The notes under the pieces: generated by a model | The model's database searches: none | Told to the model about the DNA's origin: nothing | What the model saw: the letters and a program-made list of their open reading frames with translations, nothing else | Shown here: in pieces, positions 57,822 to 64,000 of the stretch | Numbering within the stretch: the first letter of the stretch is position 1 | Layout of the letters: each line of letters opens with the position of its first letter | Translations under genes and position numbers: made by a program | From: Sphingobacteriales bacterium | GTDB taxonomy: Bacteria; Bacteroidota; Bacteroidia; Chitinophagales; JADIYW01 | DNA: 64,000 bases | Reading direction: 5' to 3' | Assembly: GCA_947460245.1 (NCBI GenBank) | Contig: CANHGL010000001.1 | Location: 200,437-264,436 of the forward strand

Positions 57822-58397
57822 ATGGAAAATAAAATACGCGCCATTCTTAATGCTTCGATAGCTGTGAAACAACAGTTATTGCAAGATGATCAACTCATCC
57901 ATACTATTAATGAAGTGAGCACTGCAATGGTGAACTGCTTTAAGCAGGATGGTAAGATTCTTTTTTGTGGAAATGGTGGCTCAGCAGCAGATGCTCAACA
58001 CCTTGCTGCAGAGTTTTCTGGAAGATTCTATAAAGACAGAGCCCCACTATATGCAGAAGCGCTTCATGTAAATACTTCTTATATAACAGCTGTTGCCAAT
58101 GATTACAGCTATAATGAAATATATGCGCGATTGGTAAAAGCGAAAGGAAGAAAGGGTGATATACTAGTAGGATTATCTACCTCAGGAAATTCTCAGAATA
58201 TTATCGAGGCATTTAAGGTTGCTAAAGAAAGAGAAATGGTAGTAGTTGGACTAACCGGAGAGACTGGCGGGAAGATGAAACAGTATTGCGATTATCTGAT
58301 TAATATTCCCTCTGCAGACACACCGCGCATTCAGGAATGCCACATTACGGTTGGTCATATTATTTGTCAATTAGTTGAAGAAAACTACTTTGGATAA
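57822..58397 (+). CDS. gmhA: D-sedoheptulose-7-phosphate isomerase (SIS domain)
   Basis: CGNGGSAADAQHLAAEF and LSTSGNSQN. Confidence 0.9.
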   Translation: MENKIRAILNASIAVKQQLLQDDQLIHTINEVSTAMVNCFKQDGKILFCGNGGSAADAQHLAAEFSGRFYKDRAPLYAEALHVNTSYITAVANDYSYNEIYARLVKAKGRKGDILVGLSTSGNSQNIIEAFKVAKEREMVVVGLTGETGGKMKQYCDYLINIPSADTPRIQECHITVGHIICQLVEENYFG

Positions 58398-59070
58398 TAC
58401 CCCGGTAATCATATTAGCAGGAGGTTTTGGTACGCGCCTTAGCACGCTTGTTAAAGATGTGCCTAAGCCAATGGCAGATATCAACGGAAAGCCCTTTCTA
58501 CACTATATTTTTCAGTCTCTACAAAAACAAAATCTACAAAAAGTTATTCTTTCTGTTGGACACCTTAAGGAGGTTATTCAGGATTTTTTTAAGGATCAAT
58601 ACCTTGGAATCGAGGTTCAGTATGCCATCGAACAAGGACCACTTGGTACAGGAGGTGGAATCCAGAACGCCTTTACGTTAGTGGAGGACGATGCCTATGT
58701 AATAAACGGTGATACCTATTTTGAAATTCCTCTGGCCAATTTAAAGCGTGTGAATACCGATATCACTATTGCCTTGAAACCGATGCTGCATTTTAACCGA
58801 TATGGTACTGTAAGTTTAAATACAGCAAATCGCGTAATCGCATTTCATGAAAAGAAAGAATGTGCTGAAGGCCTCATTAACGGTGGCATTTATTATTTCA
58901 AAAAATCTCTCTTTGAGAAGATATCAACGGATAGAAAATTCTCTTTTGAAAAAGAAGTGTTGGAAAAACATTTAAATGCTATCACTATCCAGGGGATGAT
59001 ATTCGATAACTATTTTATAGATATTGGCATACCCGAAGATTATCAAAAAGCACAACTAGACTTTAAATAA
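58375..59070 (+). CDS. hddC: sugar-phosphate nucleotidyltransferase, D-glycero-D-manno-heptose-1-phosphate guanylyltransferase candidate
   Basis: VIILAGGFGTRL and GTGG motifs. The sub-assignment comes from the gmhA/gmhB/hddA context. The start is uncertain (TTG at 58375 or TTG at 58390); either overlaps the end of gmhA. Confidence 0.7.
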   Translation: MKKTTLDNTPVIILAGGFGTRLSTLVKDVPKPMADINGKPFLHYIFQSLQKQNLQKVILSVGHLKEVIQDFFKDQYLGIEVQYAIEQGPLGTGGGIQNAFTLVEDDAYVINGDTYFEIPLANLKRVNTDITIALKPMLHFNRYGTVSLNTANRVIAFHEKKECAEGLINGGIYYFKKSLFEKISTDRKFSFEKEVLEKHLNAITIQGMIFDNYFIDIGIPEDYQKAQLDFK

Positions 59071-59074
59071 CCCT

Positions 59075-59614
59075 ATGGAGCCCTTAAAAATAGATGCTTC
59101 ATGGACACTCTTCTTAGACAGAGATGGGGTTCTTAATAAAAATATCGAAGGGAGCTATGTCCTTGATTGGGAACAATTTGAGTTTCTTCCGGGTGTATTG
59201 GAAATACTGCCTGAGTTTGCTAAGCTCTTCCAAAGAATCATCATTGTCACTAACCAGCAGTGTATCGGAAAGGGGCTGCTTACAGAAACCGGATTAGAAG
59301 AAATCCATACCCATATGCTAAACCTGATTACCTTAAACGGTGGAAGGGTAGATGCAGTCTATTTTGCCCCAGGATTAGAAAATGAGCAGAATCTGCTGCG
59401 TAAGCCAAAACCAGGAATGGCCTTATTGGCACAAAAAAACTTCCCAGAGATTAACTTTCAGCACGCTGTAATGGTAGGCGATAAGGACAGTGATATAGTA
59501 TTTGGCAAAACAGTTGGGATGACAACTTTCTATTTATCAAATAGTTGTGAAATAAACTTAAGTGCCGACTATCAAATATCTACCCTAAAAGAGCTACTAA
59601 CGCATCTCAAATAA
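59075..59614 (+). CDS. gmhB: D-glycero-D-manno-heptose-1,7-bisphosphate phosphatase (HAD-IIIA)
   Basis: LFLDRDGVLN (DxDGV), TNQ, RKPKPGM, VGDKDSD. Confidence 0.85.
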   Translation: MEPLKIDASWTLFLDRDGVLNKNIEGSYVLDWEQFEFLPGVLEILPEFAKLFQRIIIVTNQQCIGKGLLTETGLEEIHTHMLNLITLNGGRVDAVYFAPGLENEQNLLRKPKPGMALLAQKNFPEINFQHAVMVGDKDSDIVFGKTVGMTTFYLSNSCEINLSADYQISTLKELLTHLK

Positions 59615-59707
59615 TAACCTATTCAATTTATGGCATAACTATTGATTCTTAAAGATTGAATTGTTATATTTGGATTTACGACTCTTGTGAGAGCGGAAAT
59701 ATTAGAG

Positions 59708-60076
59708 ATGAAGAAAACATTTACATACCTGCTTATTCTATTCGTATTGGGCGTAGTTACACCTTGTAGGGCTGCCTATACCTTTGAGACAAGCTCCTTT
59801 GAAACAAAATATGGGGAAAGGGATTTGGTAAATATTTATCCTAATCCAATGGTTAATGATGCAAGCATTAAAATAAGTGAAGAGGTTGATTTGGAGAAGA
59901 GTAAAGTTGTGGTAGTATTCTATAATATGGTGGGTAGTGAAGTTTACCATACCAGTCCATTCAAGGAAGATGTAGAAAAAATCACCCGGGAAATGTTTAG
60001 GAATGCGGGAATCTATTTTTACCAGTTAAAAGTAGACGACAAGGTAGTATCTACAGGCAGAATCACTATTAAATAA
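59708..60076 (+). CDS. small secreted protein consisting mostly of a T9SS type-A C-terminal sorting domain
   Basis: Signal peptide MKKTFTYLLILFVLGVV. VNIYPNPMVNDASIKI...GIYFYQLKVDDKVVSTGRITIK. Confidence 0.65.
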   Translation: MKKTFTYLLILFVLGVVTPCRAAYTFETSSFETKYGERDLVNIYPNPMVNDASIKISEEVDLEKSKVVVVFYNMVGSEVYHTSPFKEDVEKITREMFRNAGIYFYQLKVDDKVVSTGRITIK

Positions 60077-60100
60077 GCAATTATTTTTAAAATAATATAA

Positions 60101-60133
60101 AAGGAGTCTTATTAAACAGAGACTCCTTTTTTA
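60101..60133 (+). terminator. rho-independent terminator
   Basis: AAGGAGTCT-tattaaac-AGACTCCTT perfect 9-bp stem followed by TTTTATTT, 25 nt after the stop at 60076. Confidence 0.75.
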
Positions 60134-60235
60134 TTTAAAAAGGCTTTGGTTTTTTCTGAAGAACAAACTGAAAGAATCATTGTTATATTTCTAATCTGTC
60201 AATTCACATTACGCTTTAACTGTTATTTTTTTGAG

Positions 60236-60243
60236 TATTTTTG
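60236..60243 (+). promoter_or_regulatory. candidate -7 promoter box (TATTTTTG) for the LuxR-type regulator
   Basis: Matches TAnnTTTG, 18 nt upstream of ATG 60261. It lies inside the track ORF's TTG-initiated N-terminal extension. Confidence 0.35.
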
Positions 60244-60260
60244 TTGGCACTTACACTATC

Positions 60261-60914
60261 ATGATAAAGATTATTATTGCAGATGCTCAGTACCTCGTCC
60301 GATTTGGACTGCAAAATCTTTTATCTACAAATAAAGACTTTAACATTGTGGGAGAAGCAGAAAACTCCAAGGAATTATTTTCATTGTTAAAGCAATTCAC
60401 TCCCGAGGTAATCATCTTTGATTATAACAGTGAGGAAAAATTTAGTCTCGAAGATGTAGAAGCCATTAAAAAGCTATATCCCACTTCTAACTTTCTGATT
60501 ATATCAGCAGATGCATCCAAATCTAATATCTATAAAATTATAGAATCCGGTGCTATCAGCTTTTTAACCAAAGAGTGCGATAAAGAAGAAATCATTGGGG
60601 CCATCTACGCCACAGCAAAGAAAGAAAAATTCCTTTGCCATAAAGTCATAGATATTATTATTGAAAAACATATCCACGAAGGAGAAGACAATTGCAAGGC
60701 ATTCAATTTATCACTCAGGGAAACTGAGATTATAAAACTTACTGCCAAGGGTTGGACTGCTAAGATTATTGCAGGACACCTTTTTCTTAGCACCCATACG
60801 GTTTATACCCACAAGAAAAATATTATGAAAAAACTAAAAATCAACTCTTCCTCTGAGATGATTATATATGCCATCCAAAATGGATTAATCTCAAAAGAGG
60901 AGATGGTGGCTTAA
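60261..60914 (+). CDS. response regulator transcription factor, NarL/FixJ (LuxR HTH) family
   Basis: Receiver domain (IIIADAQ..., VIIFDYN, LIISADAS, AISFLTK). C-terminal LuxR HTH (LSLRETEIIKLTAKGWTAKIIAGHLFLSTHTVYTHKKNIMKKL). Confidence 0.85.
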   Translation: MIKIIIADAQYLVRFGLQNLLSTNKDFNIVGEAENSKELFSLLKQFTPEVIIFDYNSEEKFSLEDVEAIKKLYPTSNFLIISADASKSNIYKIIESGAISFLTKECDKEEIIGAIYATAKKEKFLCHKVIDIIIEKHIHEGEDNCKAFNLSLRETEIIKLTAKGWTAKIIAGHLFLSTHTVYTHKKNIMKKLKINSSSEMIIYAIQNGLISKEEMVA

Positions 60915-60950
60915 TCATACCAATCCTTTTATATCAGTAAGTCTTAATAC

Positions 60951-62078
60951 ATGCATAAATTATTCCTCCTACTGATAACTTGCTTGTTAATCACTATTAG
61001 CTGCAAGCATAATAACACCGAGGAAGTATTTCACTTTGACTCCGAAAAATCATTCCTTTATAACAATACAGGGTTGTCTGATTCTGCAAAAATTGGTAAA
61101 CAGATTTTCTTTGATACTTCGCTTTCAGAACCTAGCGGAATTAGCTGTGCAAGTTGCCACTCTCCTATGGTTGCGTTTTCTGACCCCAGGCATACCGATT
61201 TTTCTATGGGTGCTTCTCACCAACAGGGCCATAGAAATGCTCCTGCTATAAGTTATATGTCCTATGCACCCAATAGAAGAAATGAAATTGTTCGAGGTGT
61301 GCTGGAAACAGTAGGAGGTTTTTTTTGGGATGGTAAAGCGGAATTTTTAAATCAACAGGCTTTATTTCCACTTACTAATTCATCCGAGATGAATAACCCT
61401 AATTTTGGTGTCATTGCGGAAAAAATAAAGAAGGCTCCCTACTACCGTGATTTACAGAAACTCTTTGGAAAGGCAGCTCTGGCAGATAGCCAGACCATAG
61501 TTTTATATACTGTATTATGCCTACAATCCTTTCAGCAATCTGTACAAGTAAATCCATTCAGTAGTAAATTTGATTACTATCTGCAAGGAAAAGTAAAACT
61601 AAGTGAACAAGAGCTAAGAGGCATGAAACTTTTCAATGATACCACCAAAGCCAAATGCAGTATTTGTCATTTAAGCACCCCAACCAGTTATGCTTCAACC
61701 AATAAAGTTCTATTTACAGACTTTTCCTATGATAATATAGGACTGCCTAAGCATCCAGCACTTAAAAACCTACCAATAGATAGTGGTATTGGTAAGTTTG
61801 AAATACATAATAAAATGGATATTGGCCGATTCAAAACACCTACACTTAGAAATGTCGCTATTACAGCACCATACATGCACTCCGGTATCTTCCACACGCT
61901 TGAGGAAGTTTTAGAATTTTATAATGAACGGGACAATAATCCTAAATTTGCTCCTCCCGAAGTTCCGAACACTATGAACAAAGAATTCATGGGAAATCTT
62001 GGATTGACAAAACAGGAAATAGATGATATCATTGTATTCTTAAAAACCCTGACCGACGGGTATGAAATAAAAAAGTAA
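60951..62078 (+). CDS. di-haem cytochrome c peroxidase (CCP/MauG family) lipoprotein
   Basis: Lipobox ITISC. Haem sites CASCHS and [25 protein letters not shown] signature. Confidence 0.9.
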   Translation: MHKLFLLLITCLLITISCKHNNTEEVFHFDSEKSFLYNNTGLSDSAKIGKQIFFDTSLSEPSGISCASCHSPMVAFSDPRHTDFSMGASHQQGHRNAPAISYMSYAPNRRNEIVRGVLETVGGFFWDGKAEFLNQQALFPLTNSSEMNNPNFGVIAEKIKKAPYYRDLQKLFGKAALADSQTIVLYTVLCLQSFQQSVQVNPFSSKFDYYLQGKVKLSEQELRGMKLFNDTTKAKCSICHLSTPTSYASTNKVLFTDFSYDNIGLPKHPALKNLPIDSGIGKFEIHNKMDIGRFKTPTLRNVAITAPYMHSGIFHTLEEVLEFYNERDNNPKFAPPEVPNTMNKEFMGNLGLTKQEIDDIIVFLKTLTDGYEIKK

Positions 62079-62108
62079 ATTCAATTTTTAAAATATAACT
62101 AAAGAAAA

Positions 62109-62414
62109 ATGAAAAAAGCACTCCTAATAGCAATGATCGCACTAACAATAGCAGCGTGTACACACAAGACAGCTACCGTCGTTAGCGAAGTAGCTACAAA
62201 GACTTCCAATGCAAATGTAACGCAAGCACAATTTGAAGAAGGGAAAAAGGTGTATGAACAATACTGTGGCAAATGCCATGCATTAAAATCCCCCGGAGAT
62301 TTTACCGCAGACCGCTGGGTTAAACTTATTGATAGAATGGCAGGTCGTGCAAGAATTGATGAAGCTCAAAAACAACAAATCTATAATTACGTATCAGTTA
62401 ATGCAGCGAATTAG
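62109..62414 (+). CDS. small c-type cytochrome lipoprotein
   Basis: Lipobox IAAC. CGKCHAL haem motif and a downstream Met (LIDRMAG). Confidence 0.75.
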   Translation: MKKALLIAMIALTIAACTHKTATVVSEVATKTSNANVTQAQFEEGKKVYEQYCGKCHALKSPGDFTADRWVKLIDRMAGRARIDEAQKQQIYNYVSVNAAN

Positions 62415-62425
62415 TCTGTTGAAAT

Positions 62426-63448
62426 TTATACTGTCCAGGTAGTTAATCCCTCTGTTGTTAAGTTGTAGTTCATTACAGAGCCTCCAAAGCTTGAGAGCTC
62501 CTTTATTAATTGATATTTGTGTATATAAGGCGCATAAAAAATCATAAATCCTCCGCCACCAGCACCAGATATTTTACCTCCGGTAGCGCCTGCACTCAAG
62601 GCAGCAGCATAGATAGCATCAATAGAAGGATTTGAAATCCCTTCTGCCATTAATTTTTTATGCTCCCAGCCGTCATGTAATATCTTGCCTATGCTGTCTA
62701 CTTCTCCTTTAAGGATAGCTTCCTTCATTAATAAACTTTGCTCTTTTAACTGATGCATAGCCCCTATGGAACTTTCCTTATTGGCATTTACATTATCCGT
62801 CTGCTGCTTAATAATTTCTGAAGACAAACGGGAGGTCTGTGTGTAGAACAGCACCAGATTATGCTCCAGCTCCTGTAGAAATTTGGTCTTTATCCTCAAC
62901 GGGTTTACTATAACCTTATCATTATTATAAAACTCCATGTAATTAACGCCACCAAATGTAGCAGCATACTGATCCTGTTTCCCACCAGCCATCTTAAGGT
63001 CTTCTCGCTCTATAGAATATGCAAGATGAGCTATGTCATATTCTCCTAAGGGCAACTTCAACCACTCTACAAATGCCCCAACAATAGCGACAACCAAAGT
63101 TGAGGAGGATCCAAGTCCTGATCCCGGAGGTGCATCTACATAGGTATTGAGTTCAAACGATAGCGGTTTATGGATAAAGTCCTTCACAATTCTATTATAT
63201 ACGCCTTTCAACAGATTCAATACACCATCGATAGCTAAATATTCTTCGCTATTTAATACAATGCGCTCATTTCTATCAATCGCATTCAAAACAATTTTTC
63301 CATCTGAAGTTGGCTTAATACTCGCGTAAGCATAAAGACTGACTGTAGCATTCAGAATAGCCCCTCCATAGATATCAGAATAGGGAGACACGTCTGTTCC
63401 GCCACCGGCAAGACCAATACGTAAAGGTGCTTTACTACGAATAATCAT
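62426..63448 (-). CDS. hddA: GHMP kinase, D-glycero-D-manno-heptose-7-phosphate kinase candidate
   Basis: SKAPLRIGLAGGGTD N-terminus, GHMP ATP motif PPGSGLGSSSTLVVA, and C-terminal KISGAGGGGF. Confidence 0.8.
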   Translation of the reverse strand: MIIRSKAPLRIGLAGGGTDVSPYSDIYGGAILNATVSLYAYASIKPTSDGKIVLNAIDRNERIVLNSEEYLAIDGVLNLLKGVYNRIVKDFIHKPLSFELNTYVDAPPGSGLGSSSTLVVAIVGAFVEWLKLPLGEYDIAHLAYSIEREDLKMAGGKQDQYAATFGGVNYMEFYNNDKVIVNPLRIKTKFLQELEHNLVLFYTQTSRLSSEIIKQQTDNVNANKESSIGAMHQLKEQSLLMKEAILKGEVDSIGKILHDGWEHKKLMAEGISNPSIDAIYAAALSAGATGGKISGAGGGGFMIFYAPYIHKYQLIKELSSFGGSVMNYNLTTEGLTTWTV

Positions 63449-63465
63449 GCAACAAATTTACAAAT

Positions 63466-64000
63466 TTATTGGAGATTTATAGCTGACGCTATCTTATGTA
63501 TGCTTTCAAGCATAGCAGACCAGGAGTACTTCTGCTTCTCTTCAAGAATATATTGGACAAACTCCTGTTCCTTAGCTTCATCATAGAATCTGTAGATAGC
63601 ATTGGCTACTGCCTCTGCAGATGGCTCTACTACAAAGCCTACTTTATTATCAGGAACAATTTCCGGTAACCCACCCACATTCGTAACAATCATAGGCTTA
63701 TTAAAATGATAGCAGATTTGGGTGACGCCACTTTGTGTAGCATGTTTATAGGGCTGCACTACCACATCTGCAGCACAGAAATAAGTCGCCACTTCATTGT
63801 CCGGAATAAAACGTGTATGCTGTACTACACTATCCTGAAGCTGTAGGGATTGAATAAGCTGCTCATAATAATCTTTATTAGAATAATATTCGCCGGCAAT
63901 GATTAACTCTATATTCGAATCCTTTAATCGCTCTGATGCCATTGCATGTAATAACAAATCTAATCCTTTATAATCCCTAATCAAACCAAAGAATAGAATG
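63466..64000 (-). CDS. glycosyltransferase family 4 (GT-B), C-terminal half; the N-terminus lies beyond the window
   Basis: The frame stays open to the window edge (…FGLIRDYKGLDLLL…). The C-terminal domain has VVQPYKHATQSGV and GGLPEIV, typical of GT4. The track M at 63984 is internal. Confidence 0.75.
   Translation of the reverse strand, partial: ILFFGLIRDYKGLDLLLHAMASERLKDSNIELIIAGEYYSNKDYYEQLIQSLQLQDSVVQHTRFIPDNEVATYFCAADVVVQPYKHATQSGVTQICYHFNKPMIVTNVGGLPEIVPDNKVGFVVEPSAEAVANAIYRFYDEAKEQEFVQYILEEKQKYSWSAMLESIHKIASAINLQ

Noticed and set aside
1-64000. A genomic island, prophage, anti-phage defence system or mobile element.
   Set aside because: I found no integrase, transposase, recombinase, tRNA attachment site, terminal inverted or direct repeats, restriction/nuclease/STAND-ATPase-like genes, or phage structural genes. 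Base composition looks uniform by eye.

Overview
This window looks like a low-GC Bacteroidota chromosome segment. Support: three proteins end in T9SS type-A sorting domains, several TAnnTTTG -7 promoter boxes are present, and it carries a long SLBB-type Wza and a TonB-ExbB-ExbD-ExbD block. It is densely coding, with about 58 CDS. I found no rRNA, tRNA, CRISPR array, transposase or integrase. All family calls rest on motifs read directly from the translations; no searches were run.

Layout:
- 1-4.2 kb: housekeeping genes (truA fragment, lpxH-like gene, serine hydrolase).
- 4.3-9.0 kb: carotenoid-tailoring operon (CrtD-like, CruF/DUF422-like, Rieske oxygenase, CrtU/PDS-like flavoprotein).
- 9.0-11.3 kb: SDR plus aldehyde dehydrogenase.
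- 11.3-39.1 kb: a large cell-surface polymer locus, the most unusual part of the window. It holds a Wzx flippase, a Wzy-like protein, a GT-C-like protein, one GT4, one AT3 acyltransferase, a T9SS-tagged PhoD phosphodiesterase and a clan GH-A hydrolase. It also holds two MBOAT + DltD/SGNH-like pairs. A wza-wzz export operon continues directly into a two-protein type I PKS (KS-AT-KR-ACP, then KS-AT-ACP, no thioesterase), an Sfp-type PPTase and GtrA.
- 39.2-48.8 kb: mnmE, a SHOCT membrane protein, a three-gene Cys-motif outer-membrane module, gltA, a PstS-like lipoprotein and tonB-exbD-exbD-exbB.
- 49.3-56.3 kb: a seven-gene operon. It has three lipoproteins with planctomycete-type CxxCH domains, a DUF5777-like barrel, YceI, an OB-fold protein and a 1139-aa T9SS cargo. 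That cargo has an N-terminal CxxCH domain and 8 tandem 82-83-aa repeats.
- 56.5-64 kb: hflX and a GDP-D-glycero-D-manno-heptose pathway (gmhA, hddC, gmhB ... hddA). The pathway is split by a T9SS mini-protein, an orphan LuxR-type response regulator, a di-haem cytochrome c peroxidase and a cytochrome c. A GT4 fragment closes the window.

Best candidate for an undescribed system: the PKS wired into the polysaccharide export and acylation machinery. Second candidate: the CxxCH/T9SS/YceI envelope operon.
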